Positions 1 to 9,900 are shown, counted from the stretch's first letter. The stretch is DNA of 64,000 nucleotides from an uncultured Opitutia bacterium (GCA_903889525.1 CAISXT010000153.1:2340-66339); one strand, 5' to 3'. Made by a program: numbers and translations. The notes: generated from the sequence alone by a model not told the origin.

Positions 1-347
1 GTCAGGTAATGCGGAAGTAGCAGGATGCCCTTGGCGCCGAGTCGCTCAGCTTCCTGGGCGTATTGAATGGCGACGCGCGTCGGGCCGCCAGCGCCAGCGA
101 GGATCGGCACAAGGCCGTCGCAGGTGTTAACTGCTGTCTTAATGATGTCCGAATATTCCTTTGGCTCGAGGGAGAAGAATTCGCCCGTGCCGCCGGCCGC
201 GAAGAGCGCCGTAGCACCATAGGGGGCCAGCCACTGCAAGCGCTTGGCGTAACCCGCGGCGTTGAAGTCGCCGTTCGCAGCGAAGTCGGTGATCGGGAAG
301 GAGAGGAGACCAGATGAGAGGACTGTCTTTAATTCGGAGGGAGACAT
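1..347 (-). CDS. kdgD: 5-dehydro-4-deoxyglucarate dehydratase (DapA/DHDPS-like family). Only the N-terminal ~115 codons are present; the C-terminus lies beyond the window start.
   Basis: Reading the minus strand from the ATG at 347-345 gives [60 protein letters not shown]...[20 protein letters not shown], open to the window edge. From memory this matches the N-terminus of characterised proteobacterial KdgD very closely. It is absent from the ORF track because it has no stop codon in the window. Confidence 0.85.
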   Translation of the reverse strand, partial: MSPSELKTVLSSGLLSFPITDFAANGDFNAAGYAKRLQWLAPYGATALFAAGGTGEFFSLEPKEYSDIIKTAVNTCDGLVPILAGAGGPTRVAIQYAQEAERLGAKGILLLPHYL

Positions 348-378
348 ACGTAGAAGGTGTCAGCGGTTGGCGGTTAGC

Positions 379-1968
379 TTAGAGTGCAGCGGAGGAGCGG
401 GTGCCGTTCAGGAGACGGGAGAGATTGAGTGGATTGGCGTTCTGAAGTTCAGCGGGAAGGGCCGCATCCGGGAAGGTCTGGTAGCAGGTCAGCCGCGTGA
501 AACGATAAATGGCATTTGATCCCACTGAGGTGGTGCGTCCGTCGGACAGCGAAGGGTAGGGGCCGCCATGCACGATAGCGTGCGAGACTTCCACGCCAGT
601 CGGGAAACCGTTGATGACCACGCGTCCAGCGATCGCTTCCAGTTTGGTCAGCAAGGGGGCGTTCGCGATTAGTTCGACGTCGGTGCCGTGGAGGGTGGCG
701 GTAAGGTTGCCGTGCAGTGCGCCAATCGTCGCATCAACTTCCTGGGCGTGGTGACACCAGATGATGAGCGAACTGGGTCCGAAGATTTCATCCTGGAGCG
801 ATGCCTCGGCGACAAACGTCTTGGCTTCAGTGGCAAAGAGCGCGGCCACGCCACGATTGGGCTGGCCGCTGGATTTTCCTTGGGCGAGGAGTTTGACGCC
901 CGCTTGAGCCGAGCGAGTCGTGACGCCCTTCTGATAGGCTTGGTGGATGCCCGCCGTGAGCATGACGCCATCAGCGGCTTCAGTGAAGAGGCTGGAGAGT
1001 TTGGCGACAAAGGCTTCGGAGGCTGCCGAACGCACGAGTACAATCAGGCCAGGCTGGGTGCAGAATTGCCCAACGCCTAGCGTACAAGAGCCGAGGAGGC
1101 CGGTGGCGATGGCGTCACCACGGGCCGCTAAGGCTCCTTCGAGTAGGACGATGGGATTGACGCTGCTCATCTCGGCATAGACCGGAATGGGCGTTGGGCG
1201 GGCTGCCGCTGAATCCATCAAGGCCCGCCCACCGGTGCGTGAGCCCGTGAAGCCGATAGCGCGCAAGGCGGGGTGTTTGGCGACTTGCTGACCGACGACG
1301 CGTCCTTCGCCCATGATGAGCGAGAAGGTGCCCTCAGGCAGGCCGTTGGCCTTAACGGCTTCGACGATCAGGCTGGCCATGATTTCGGCAGTGCCCACGT
1401 GGGCGTGGTGGGCCATGACGATGACAGGGCAACCAGCGGCCAAGGCGGAAGCGGTGTCCCCGCCAGCTACTGAATAAGCAAAGGGGAAGTTGCTCGCGCA
1501 GAAGACGGCGACGGGTCCAATCGGACGCAGCATCGAGCGATGGTCTGGCTTGGGCAGGGGCTTGCGGTCGGGGTTGGCGGTTTCGATTCGGGCATCCACC
1601 CAGTCGCCTTTTTCTACGAGGTCTGCGAACAGGCGAAGTTGGCCCATGGTGCGGCCGATTTCGCCTTGGCAGCGTGCCTCGGGCAGCCCGGTCTCTTGGG
1701 TGGCACGGGCGACGAGTGCGGGCGTGGCGGACTCGATGCGCGTGGCGATGTCACGGAGCAAGACGGCCTTTTTATGGCCCGAGGTCGCGGCCAGCTGAGG
1801 GGTGGCTTGGGCGGCCAGTTCGCAGGCCCGATCGACTTCCCCGGCGGTGGCGGCAAAGAAGTCTGGTGCCAAGGCGGTGGCCGTCGCCGGGTTTACCGCA
1901 CGGTAGGGCTTGGCTTGAGACTGGCTGCGCGTGAAACCGATGAAAGATTGGCCGAGGAGGGAGGACAT
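379..1968 (-). CDS. Aldehyde dehydrogenase, most likely 2,5-dioxovalerate (alpha-ketoglutarate semialdehyde) dehydrogenase
   Basis: Track ORF 379..2010. I trimmed the start to the ATG at 1968 (MSSLLGQSFIGF...). It has aldehyde dehydrogenase hallmarks: FTGS, the catalytic-Cys context GQFCTQPG, and EIFGP. It lies 31 nt upstream of kdgD on the same strand, the classic lower glucarate/galactarate pathway pair. Confidence 0.8.
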   Translation of the reverse strand: MSSLLGQSFIGFTRSQSQAKPYRAVNPATATALAPDFFAATAGEVDRACELAAQATPQLAATSGHKKAVLLRDIATRIESATPALVARATQETGLPEARCQGEIGRTMGQLRLFADLVEKGDWVDARIETANPDRKPLPKPDHRSMLRPIGPVAVFCASNFPFAYSVAGGDTASALAAGCPVIVMAHHAHVGTAEIMASLIVEAVKANGLPEGTFSLIMGEGRVVGQQVAKHPALRAIGFTGSRTGGRALMDSAAARPTPIPVYAEMSSVNPIVLLEGALAARGDAIATGLLGSCTLGVGQFCTQPGLIVLVRSAASEAFVAKLSSLFTEAADGVMLTAGIHQAYQKGVTTRSAQAGVKLLAQGKSSGQPNRGVAALFATEAKTFVAEASLQDEIFGPSSLIIWCHHAQEVDATIGALHGNLTATLHGTDVELIANAPLLTKLEAIAGRVVINGFPTGVEVSHAIVHGGPYPSLSDGRTTSVGSNAIYRFTRLTCYQTFPDAALPAELQNANPLNLSRLLNGTRSSAAL

Positions 1969-2067
1969 AAGAGAGGTTACGAGATAGGGGGGTGAGCGGG
2001 GGTGAGGCAAACAAGATAGGGTTCAGATTGCAGGTAATCGGCGTTTAGGGATGCTTGGACCTATCCT

Positions 2068-3606
2068 ATGGTGCGCTTAATCATTCTGCTTTTTCTTGGC
2101 TGGTCCCTCGTGGTGACCGCCGCCGAACGGCCTAATATTATTGTCATCCTCGCCGACGACCAAGGCTTCGGGGATTTTTCAGCCAATAACCCGCAAAGCA
2201 AAATCCCGACGCCTCAGCTAGATCGACTGGCGGCACAAGGGCTGCGGTTTACGGATGGGCACACGTCTTCTGGGGTTTGTACGCCATCCCGATACAGCCT
2301 CCTCACCGGACGGTACCATTGGCGGACGCGGCTCCAGTCCGGAGTGCTCGGGGGTTTTTCGCCGCCACTCATCAGTCGCGACCGCCTGACGATTGCGGGC
2401 ATGCTGAAAGCTCAGGGTTATGTGACTGGCTGCTTCGGTAAGTGGCATCTCGGCCTCGGTTGGCCGTTGAAGGATGGGTCAGTCGCTGACGATGGGGGCG
2501 ATTACTCGAAGGAGTATCAGAAGATGGGATCGATTGATTATGCCGCCGACATCAAGGACGGCCCCCTCGAACACGGGTTCGACACCTTCTACGGTATCAG
2601 TGCGTCACTTGATATGCCACCGTTTGTCTGGATTAAGGATCGGCGGGTGACGGAGATTCCGAGCGTCACGAAGAAGTGGCTACGCTCCGGGCCGGCTGGC
2701 CCAAAATTTGAAGCGATTGATGTGCTACCTTCGGTCATCGATCACACCATCGACTTCATTGCCGAGAGTAAGAAGGCCAATCCCGTCAGGCCGTTCTTCG
2801 CATATGTACCGCTCAATGCCCCTCACACACCGATTGTGCCTACGAAGGAATTTCAAGGTTCGAGCGGTATCAGCCCCTATGCGGATTTCGTCCGGCAAGT
2901 GGATGCTGATGTCGGTCGATTACTGGTGGCATTAGACAAGCAGGGGTTGAGTGAGAGTACGCTGGTCATCTTTACCTCGGATAATGGCTGCTCGACGGCG
3001 GCCAATATTCCCGAGCTGCAGAAGGCGGGCCATGAACCGAGCTACGTCTATCGCGGTAATAAGGCCGACGCTTATGAAGGCGGTCACCGCGTGCCGTTCG
3101 TGGTTCGCTGGCCGGGTAAAGTAAAGCCGGGTGTGAGCGGTGCCTTGGTTGGACAAATTGATTTCATGGCGACGTTTTCCGAAATCGTCGGCAGCGCGGG
3201 TTCCCCCATGGCGGGCGAGGATAGTGCCAGTTTCCTCCCCGTGCTTTTTGGCCAGAAGGCCGCCGCCCGTCAGGGTATCGTCAGTCAGTCGATTAACGGA
3301 AGTTTCGCCATCCGTGACGGACAGTGGAAACTCATCCTGTGCCCTGGCTCCGGCGGTTGGAGTGCCCCTCACCCTGGCACGAAAGAAGAGGCCGGATTAC
3401 CTGCGGTGCAGCTGTTCGACCTTTCGCAGGATATCGGCGAGCGGAATAATCTTCACGATAAGTACCCCGAACGTGTCGCCGCGATGAAAGCCGAACTCGA
3501 TAAGATCATCGCCCACGGTCGGAGCACGCCGGGCGATGATTTAAAAAACGACGTACCTGTTCAGGTCGTCAAGAAGGCCGGCAAGAAGAAGCTCGCCGAT
3601 AAGTAG
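2068..3606 (+). CDS. Secreted arylsulfatase (formylglycine-dependent sulfatase family)
   Basis: Has an N-terminal signal peptide (MVRLIILLFLGWSLVVTAAE), the DDQGFGD metal-site motif, the formylglycine motif CTPSRYSLLTGR, and GKWHLG. Confidence 0.9.
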   Translation: MVRLIILLFLGWSLVVTAAERPNIIVILADDQGFGDFSANNPQSKIPTPQLDRLAAQGLRFTDGHTSSGVCTPSRYSLLTGRYHWRTRLQSGVLGGFSPPLISRDRLTIAGMLKAQGYVTGCFGKWHLGLGWPLKDGSVADDGGDYSKEYQKMGSIDYAADIKDGPLEHGFDTFYGISASLDMPPFVWIKDRRVTEIPSVTKKWLRSGPAGPKFEAIDVLPSVIDHTIDFIAESKKANPVRPFFAYVPLNAPHTPIVPTKEFQGSSGISPYADFVRQVDADVGRLLVALDKQGLSESTLVIFTSDNGCSTAANIPELQKAGHEPSYVYRGNKADAYEGGHRVPFVVRWPGKVKPGVSGALVGQIDFMATFSEIVGSAGSPMAGEDSASFLPVLFGQKAAARQGIVSQSINGSFAIRDGQWKLILCPGSGGWSAPHPGTKEEAGLPAVQLFDLSQDIGERNNLHDKYPERVAAMKAELDKIIAHGRSTPGDDLKNDVPVQVVKKAGKKKLADK

Positions 3607-3618
3607 GCCAGCCCAGCT

Positions 3619-4077
3619 TTAGTCCGCCAACTGCGCAAGGAGCTTCAGGGTCTCCAGCGGTGCGGCGTGCGACTTGGCGGCGTTATGCAAACCCGCGGGT
3701 AACTGCTCAATGGCCAGCGCTTTCAATTCCTCGAGGCGTAAGCAGAGCTTGTCTAAGGCGGCGTCCGGTTCGGCGGCATCGACCCAGACGTCATAAATGG
3801 TAACCAGTTCACCTGGGGTCTCGCCTTCGATTTCGCCTTCGCCGACTTCATAATCACAATCGAGAAGCTCGTCCCAGAAATTGGCTTCCAGATCGAGGGT
3901 GTCTTCGAGGTCGTACAGACGGATGCCACTCATCCATTCATTGAGGACCGTAAAGGCTTCACGGTGGGCGGGAAGTACTTCGGTGAAAGTGTCGCGGATG
4001 CCGACAGCGACGAGCTTCAGGCCTTCGACGGTGTCGCCGATCTGCGGGCCTTCGAAGGGAGGGGTGGAGTCGGACAT
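3619..4077 (-). CDS. Hypothetical cytoplasmic protein, strongly acidic, no recognisable family
   Basis: 152-aa ORF with no signal peptide. By my count it has about 33 Asp+Glu against 9 Lys+Arg, including the run DCDYEVGEGEIEGETPGE. Codon usage resembles its neighbours. Confidence 0.55.
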   Translation of the reverse strand: MSDSTPPFEGPQIGDTVEGLKLVAVGIRDTFTEVLPAHREAFTVLNEWMSGIRLYDLEDTLDLEANFWDELLDCDYEVGEGEIEGETPGELVTIYDVWVDAAEPDAALDKLCLRLEELKALAIEQLPAGLHNAAKSHAAPLETLKLLAQLAD

Positions 4078-4128
4078 GATTAAGGGGGGATAAGGGAGAA
4101 TGGGCCGTTGGGGGCAAGGGGAAAGGGC

Positions 4129-5358
4129 TTAGCTCGCGGCCGCCGTGCCCGCGAGATAGCCGGTGGTCCATGCGTTCTGAAAATTAAACCCACCGGTGAC
4201 GCCGTCGATGTCCAGTACTTCGCCCGCGAAATGAAGACCCGGACAGAGGCGACTCTCCATGGTTTTGAAATCGACTTCGGATAGTTTAACGCCGCCGCAG
4301 GTCACGAACTCGTCCTTGAACATGCTCTTCCCTTCGACTTTGAAGTCCGCTGCGGTGAGCTGCGTGGCGAGGGCCTGGATGCCTGGGTTGCTCACGTGCG
4401 CCCAAGGGGTGGTCGGAGCAATGCCCGCCGCTGCCACGAAGCGTTCCCAGAGCCGTTGCGGCATCGCTACGGGACTGAAGGTCGTGATTTGCTTACGGGC
4501 GTTCTGCTCACGAATGACGGAAAGCGTCTTGATGAGGGAGTCGCGATTCTGTGGCGGTACCCAGTTGATCGTGATCGGGAACGCATAGTTCTTCGCGGCG
4601 AACTCGCGGGCGCCCCAGGCGGAGAGCTTCAGGATGCCTGGGCCGCTGAGGCCGGCATGGGTGATGAGAACGGGGCCATCTGTTTTGAGCGGAGTACCCG
4701 GGGCGGTAACGACCACGTTCTCCGACGAGATGCCGGCGAGGTCTGCGAGTCGAGGGTCGGTGATGTGGAAGGTGAACAACGACGGCACGGGCGGAATGAT
4801 CGAGTGCCCGAGGTGCTCAGCGACAGCTAAACCGCCGGAGGACTTATTGCCACCCGTCGCGATGATGAGGCGCTCGCATTCAGCCGTAGCGCCTTCGGTG
4901 AGAATTAACCGAAATCCCGTGGCGGTTTTCTCGACGGCCCGGAGGCCGGTTTTAAGCCGGACGGTTACGCCCGCTTTATCGGCGGAGGTGAGCAGGCACT
5001 CGGCGATGGTCGCGGAGTCATCCGTGATCGGAAACATTCGACCATCTTCTTCGGTCTTGGTCTCCACGCCGCGGGCGGCAAACCAGGCAATGGTATCCCG
5101 CGGTTGAAAGCGATGAAAGGCCCCGAGGAGTTCGCGACCACCGCGCGGATATTTCTTCACCAGTTCGGCGGGCTCAAAGCAGGCATGCGTGACATTACAA
5201 CGACCTCCGCCCGAGACTCGTACCTTGGCTAGAAGGTGAGGGGTGGCTTCGTAAAGCGTGACGGCTCCCTTGTCGCCCAGACTTTCCGCACAAGTAATCG
5301 CTGCGAAGAAGCCAGCGGCACCTCCGCCGATAACGGCGATGCGGCGTCGTTCAGGCAT
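4129..5358 (-). CDS. NAD(P)/FAD-dependent oxidoreductase, HI0933/YhiN (BaiN-like, aminoacetone-oxidase-like) family
   Basis: N-terminal dinucleotide-binding motif IAVIGGGAAGFFAAI, followed by SGGGRCNVTH, typical of the HI0933 family. Length is 409 aa. Confidence 0.8.
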   Translation of the reverse strand: MPERRRIAVIGGGAAGFFAAITCAESLGDKGAVTLYEATPHLLAKVRVSGGGRCNVTHACFEPAELVKKYPRGGRELLGAFHRFQPRDTIAWFAARGVETKTEEDGRMFPITDDSATIAECLLTSADKAGVTVRLKTGLRAVEKTATGFRLILTEGATAECERLIIATGGNKSSGGLAVAEHLGHSIIPPVPSLFTFHITDPRLADLAGISSENVVVTAPGTPLKTDGPVLITHAGLSGPGILKLSAWGAREFAAKNYAFPITINWVPPQNRDSLIKTLSVIREQNARKQITTFSPVAMPQRLWERFVAAAGIAPTTPWAHVSNPGIQALATQLTAADFKVEGKSMFKDEFVTCGGVKLSEVDFKTMESRLCPGLHFAGEVLDIDGVTGGFNFQNAWTTGYLAGTAAAS

Positions 5359-5382
5359 GAGGCGGGAATGGCCGCCTTTAGC

Positions 5383-6264
5383 TTATTTTGCCAGCACCGT
5401 CTTCAGGAACGCCAGTACCTCGGCGGTCGAAGGGTCGTTCGGCAAGCCGATGTCATTGTTGATCTTGCCGTGATTGGTGTTGGTGGCACCGAAGGCTTTC
5501 GCGGAGATACCTTTTGAGGTAAGTGCGCTTTCGAGACGCTTGGCTTGGTCCGGCGTCAGGGCTGAGGCCGAGTCGTAGAGGATCAGGAAGGGGGGGATGC
5601 CTTTGCCAGCGGCGACGTGCTGGGTTGCCGAGTAGTCGGCCCAGAGCTCGGGCTTACCGCCAAAGATTTCGCGGTGGCCGTACTTCGGCTCCGGCTTGCC
5701 AGCGGCTTGGCGAGCCGCGGAGGCCATGGCGATGACCGCTGGGATATCGAACGTGTCGGCGTCGACCGGGACGCAGCCCTTGAACATGGAGAGAGAGAGT
5801 CCTTCGGCCTTCAACGGGCGTTCGTCGATGGCCATGTAGGCGGCGAGCTGCGCACCAGACGAATGGCCCATGATGATGACGCGATTAGGGTCGCCGCCGA
5901 ATTCCGCGACGTGGTCATGTGTCCAATGGAGGGACTTGGCGATATCCGCGAAGATTTCGTTCATCGGGACCGCCTTCACGTAGCGGTGGTTGGTGGAGAC
6001 GAACACGTAGCCCATGTCCGTGAAGAATTTCGGCTTCAGTTGGACGCTGGTCTTTTCGCCGCCCTGCCAGCCGCCGCCATGAATCCAGAAGACGACCGGC
6101 GCGGGCTTGGCCGATTTGGTGGCAGGTGCGTAGACGTTGAGCGTCTGGCGGAATTCAGTCGTACCGGCGTAAGGCACATCGGCCTTGATCGGTGCGAGCA
6201 AAGCGGGTGCGTCGGCCGCGAGGGCGAGGCTGAAGGTGGCGAGGAGCGGGAGGAGGGAGCGCAT
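5383..6264 (-). CDS. Secreted alpha/beta hydrolase (esterase/lipase type)
   Basis: Has a signal peptide, the oxyanion motif WIHGGGW and the nucleophile elbow GHSSGA. Confidence 0.75.
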   Translation of the reverse strand: MRSLLPLLATFSLALAADAPALLAPIKADVPYAGTTEFRQTLNVYAPATKSAKPAPVVFWIHGGGWQGGEKTSVQLKPKFFTDMGYVFVSTNHRYVKAVPMNEIFADIAKSLHWTHDHVAEFGGDPNRVIIMGHSSGAQLAAYMAIDERPLKAEGLSLSMFKGCVPVDADTFDIPAVIAMASAARQAAGKPEPKYGHREIFGGKPELWADYSATQHVAAGKGIPPFLILYDSASALTPDQAKRLESALTSKGISAKAFGATNTNHGKINNDIGLPNDPSTAEVLAFLKTVLAK

Positions 6265-6273
6265 AGAGGGAGA

Positions 6274-7758
6274 TTAGAGACCCTTGAGCATGTCGAGGGC
6301 CTGGGATTCAAAAGCCTTTTGCCATTCCGGAGCAACGAGACAGTCGCAGTCTTCTTGGGCATAGCCGGTGTTCAGACGCTGTTTCGTCGTGGGGGCGTAA
6401 TAAATATAACCATTGGTATAGCCGGCGACGAACGTGCCCGGCTGTCCCGAGGATTTCTTGATATTCATCCCGATCTCGCTCGTCAGCTCGCCCGGGAAGG
6501 TGACCAGTCGGAAGTCGCCGACGCGCAGCGCGGTAAGTTCGACGTCGATCGGCTGTTCCTTGGCCTTCTCATTCTGCGCGAGGTGCATCTTTAGGAGGCC
6601 GAGATTCGTGTTGAGACGCGTAATCTGCTCCATGATGGCCAGATTGGCGAGGTAGGTCTCCACGGCCACGCGGTTATCCGCGTCGAGTTTGGCGAGGCTA
6701 TCTTTGCCGACGGAGCGTTCGTGCAGGTAACTTTGAGCAGATTGCGAAGGGTAGTCTGGATTGAGTTTCTGTTGCAGGAGTAGCGGGAGGAAGGATTTGA
6801 AGTTAATGTTGGTGGCCCGTAACGACTGGACCAAGCGGAGGCGTTCTGCTTCCAGCTTGGTGATGCGGGCGGTCAGGTCAGCGCCGCGGGGTAGGAGTAT
6901 GTTCTGGTGGACGAAGCGGAGCGGGCTGTCTGGAAGGGTGGTCAACTTGCGGGCCGCCCGGAGGACGCTGGCGGCCAGTTGATTACCTAAGGGGGTGCTA
7001 TCCGCGGGCTGGGTGACTTCTTTGTAGCGTACGGGATTAATGTCACCAGCACATCCTTGGATGAAGAAGGCGGTGCCGCCAAGTTGTTCCTCGATGATGG
7101 CCGAGGCTACGCCTGGGTAGTCAGCCGAATTGCCGCTACTCGGCGGATTCATGATTGGATGGCAGGCGAAGTTGTAGATGAGCGCAAAGTTGCGTCCGTC
7201 GAGGCGATCGAGGCGAAGCAGGCCGATCTGCGAATCGATGGCACCCACGCTCGCGATGGCTTGGTCGTTCGGCAGGGAGTAAGTGCGGCGCATGTCAACC
7301 TCGCTGCCGTCGCGCATGTGGAGTCGACGGTTCTCGCTGATGCCGCTTTCCTGCCCACTGCCAACGCCGGCACGGACTGGCACGAGTTCAGCCATGGCTG
7401 ACTTGATGACCTGGAAGCATAGTTCCGGGAAGTCTGGCCGGAGGACGCCGTGGCAGTGACTGGCGTTGACTAGGAGGTTTTCGGGCGCGAGGCCCAGCTC
7501 CTTGGCGATGCGGGTGCGGAGTTGCGGCAGGAAGTCGGACTTGATTCGACCGAGTTCGCCGAGCGCAACCGCGTCGATGGTCAGGAGTACGACGGTACGG
7601 TCACCCTCCTTGAGGATGAGGGCTTTGGCGTGCAGCGTGTCATGGACCGGGATTGTCCGGTCGGTGACGTCGACAATCGCCGTGCCCGCTTCGAGTGCGT
7701 GGAGGCTGGGGCAAGCTACACTGAATAAAATAAAGAAAGCTGTGAGGTGTGGTTTCAT
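6274..7758 (-). CDS. Secreted neutral/alkaline ceramidase-like hydrolase (distant)
   Basis: Has a signal peptide. The N-terminal pattern AGTAIVDVT ... HAKALILKEGDRTVVLLTIDAV ... VNASHCHG resembles the N-terminal domain of neutral ceramidase (AG.A..DIT ... L.ARA ... ATHTHS). The assignment is tentative. Confidence 0.45.
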   Translation of the reverse strand: MKPHLTAFFILFSVACPSLHALEAGTAIVDVTDRTIPVHDTLHAKALILKEGDRTVVLLTIDAVALGELGRIKSDFLPQLRTRIAKELGLAPENLLVNASHCHGVLRPDFPELCFQVIKSAMAELVPVRAGVGSGQESGISENRRLHMRDGSEVDMRRTYSLPNDQAIASVGAIDSQIGLLRLDRLDGRNFALIYNFACHPIMNPPSSGNSADYPGVASAIIEEQLGGTAFFIQGCAGDINPVRYKEVTQPADSTPLGNQLAASVLRAARKLTTLPDSPLRFVHQNILLPRGADLTARITKLEAERLRLVQSLRATNINFKSFLPLLLQQKLNPDYPSQSAQSYLHERSVGKDSLAKLDADNRVAVETYLANLAIMEQITRLNTNLGLLKMHLAQNEKAKEQPIDVELTALRVGDFRLVTFPGELTSEIGMNIKKSSGQPGTFVAGYTNGYIYYAPTTKQRLNTGYAQEDCDCLVAPEWQKAFESQALDMLKGL

Positions 7759-7982
7759 ATAACTTTCGGTATCATCGGTCGTATCAGTGTTCGCCTAGGG
7801 TTTGCTTGATGGCGGCGGCCGCTAAGGCGGAAAGCCCCATGCAGTAAACCAGGGCCAGGGTGGCGGTGCGGCGGGGCGGGCGCATGAAGGTAAGCCAATG
7901 CGATCGCGGTGAGACGGCAATGTATTTGGTTCCGTAATTCGTTTGGCGATGGAGCGTTCAGCCGTAATGTCGGAGTTCAGTC

Positions 7983-8786
7983 ATGAAGCCCCGCCCCTTG
8001 CTTGTCGCCCTGTTCTTTATTGCCTGCGTGGGTGCATGCTTGCGGGCCCAGGTCGCTGGCGTCGATGTGGGTCGTCTGGAGGTGATCCGGAGTTGGCCAG
8101 CAAAGGAGGCCAACCAAGGGGTCGCTGTAGATGCGACGCATTTCTACGTCATTGATGATCGGGCTCTCGGTAAATATGAGAAGGCGACCGGACGTAAAGT
8201 CGCCGAGTGGACCGCCCTCGCCGGCTCTGGGGTCATCCACATGAATGCCGGGATTGTCGCTGAAGGCAGGCTGATGGTTGCCCACTCCAATTTCCCATCC
8301 AAGCCCGATGAGAGTTCGCTTGAGTATTTTGACACCACGACGCTACGCCCGACCGGTCGTAAGGTGTTTGCGCATCCCGTTGGATCGTTGACGTGGGCCG
8401 TTCCGGAGGGGAGTGGCTGGCTCGCTTGCTTTGTCCATTATAAGTTTAACAGCGATACGGCTAAGAGTCGGATTGTCCGCTATGATGCGGACTGGAAGGT
8501 CCTAGCGGCCTGGGCGTTTTCGCCGGAGCTAGTCGCTCGCTTCGGTTCATTCAGCAGCTCGGGTGGCGGACTGGGCGCCCATGGTCGAGTCTGGGTCAGT
8601 GGCCATGATGCCAAGGAGCTCTATCGATTGATGCTACCGGAGGGTGGTGGGGTGGCCAAGTGGGAGGGGACGGCAGCCTTCGCTTCAAGCGGTCAGGCTT
8701 TTGCCTGGGATCCGTCCCAGCCGGCTGAACTCTATTCCATTCAGCGTAAGAGCCGCGAGATCATCGTCTCTCGCTTGCGCGAATAG
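7983..8786 (+). CDS. Hypothetical secreted protein or lipoprotein
   Basis: 267-aa ORF with a signal peptide, MKPRPLLVALFFIACVGAC. The beta-rich sequence has no recognisable catalytic motif. Confidence 0.5.
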   Translation: MKPRPLLVALFFIACVGACLRAQVAGVDVGRLEVIRSWPAKEANQGVAVDATHFYVIDDRALGKYEKATGRKVAEWTALAGSGVIHMNAGIVAEGRLMVAHSNFPSKPDESSLEYFDTTTLRPTGRKVFAHPVGSLTWAVPEGSGWLACFVHYKFNSDTAKSRIVRYDADWKVLAAWAFSPELVARFGSFSSSGGGLGAHGRVWVSGHDAKELYRLMLPEGGGVAKWEGTAAFASSGQAFAWDPSQPAELYSIQRKSREIIVSRLRE

Positions 8787-8847
8787 CCCGCCGGTGGTGC
8801 GGGCTTGTGTCTGAGCGGAATCTGCGGAGTGTTGCGTCTGCCCCGCC

Positions 8848-9900
8848 ATGTGCTTGCGCCTACTGATTGCCTGCCTCTCCTTGACCGCTTTCGCGGCCGA
8901 GCCGGGCTTGGTGCGTTCGGAGTTTATTTTTGAGACAAATCCGGTGCCGAGTTGCCATGCGACGACAATTGTCGAGGCGAGGGACGGTACCTTGGTCGCG
9001 GCGTGGTTCGCCGGTGAGGCCGAGGGTAAGCCCGACGTCTCCATCTGGACGGCCAGGCAGGTGGACGGTAAATGGTCGGTTCCCGTCAAGGTGGCCGAAG
9101 GCATTCAGCCGGACGGTAAGCGAATCCCCTGTTGGAATCCGGTGCTCTTTCAGCCCAAGGAAGGCCCGCTGCAGCTTTACTACAAGATTGGACCCAATCC
9201 CGTCGAATGGTGGGGCGTGCTCCGTTTGAGCGAAGACAACGGCAAGACCTGGGGTGCCGCCCGCCGTCTACCGGAAGGTATCCTCGGCCCAATCAAGAAC
9301 AAGCCCGTGCAGCTGAAGGATGGAACGATCTTATCAGGTAGCAGCGCCGAAGGATTAAAAGTCGGCCCATCGTGGCAGATCCATTTTGAGCGTAGCCGTG
9401 ATTGTGGCCTCACCTGGGAGAAGGTCGCCGTGGAGCAGCCGGCCACCGGTCCGGCGTCGATCCAGCCGAGTATTCTCTTCTTACGCGACGGCGGACTGAT
9501 GTCGGTCGGCCGCACCAAGAACGCTAAGGTCTTCAGCACGGTTTCCAATGATCAAGGGACGACTTGGTCGAAGGTGGACCTCGCTGATCTGCCCAATCCA
9601 AATTCCGGGACTGATGCCGTGACCTTGAAAGACGGCCGTCATCTCCTGATTTACAACCACACGGCCAAGGGTCGTAGTCCGTTGAATTTAGCTATTAGTA
9701 AGGACGGCGTTCGGTGGGATGCCGCCCTGGTTCTGGAGACCGAGCCGAAGGCAGAATTCAGTTATCCTGCGATTATCCAGACCGCAGACGGCTTGGTGCA
9801 CGCCACTTATACTTGGAAGCGCAAGCTCGCGAAGCACGTCATCATCGATCCGTCCAAGATCGTCGCCCGACCCATGGAGGGCGCGGCTTGGCCTAAATAA
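8848..9900 (+). CDS. BNR/Asp-box repeat exo-alpha-sialidase-like glycoside hydrolase (GH33-like)
   Basis: Has a signal peptide and three Asp-box motifs of the form S-x-D-x-G-x-T-W: SEDNGKTW, SRDCGLTW and SNDQGTTW. Length is 350 aa. Confidence 0.75.
   Translation: MCLRLLIACLSLTAFAAEPGLVRSEFIFETNPVPSCHATTIVEARDGTLVAAWFAGEAEGKPDVSIWTARQVDGKWSVPVKVAEGIQPDGKRIPCWNPVLFQPKEGPLQLYYKIGPNPVEWWGVLRLSEDNGKTWGAARRLPEGILGPIKNKPVQLKDGTILSGSSAEGLKVGPSWQIHFERSRDCGLTWEKVAVEQPATGPASIQPSILFLRDGGLMSVGRTKNAKVFSTVSNDQGTTWSKVDLADLPNPNSGTDAVTLKDGRHLLIYNHTAKGRSPLNLAISKDGVRWDAALVLETEPKAEFSYPAIIQTADGLVHATYTWKRKLAKHVIIDPSKIVARPMEGAAWPK

Noticed and set aside
5617-6594. 325-aa plus-strand ORF spanning two minus-strand genes
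   Set aside because: It crosses the boundary between two well-supported genes on the other strand, and the translation is Gly/Arg/Asp-rich. The 259-aa ORF at 45685-46464 and the 201-204-aa ORFs at 38339-38953 and 39703-40308 are rejected for the same reason.
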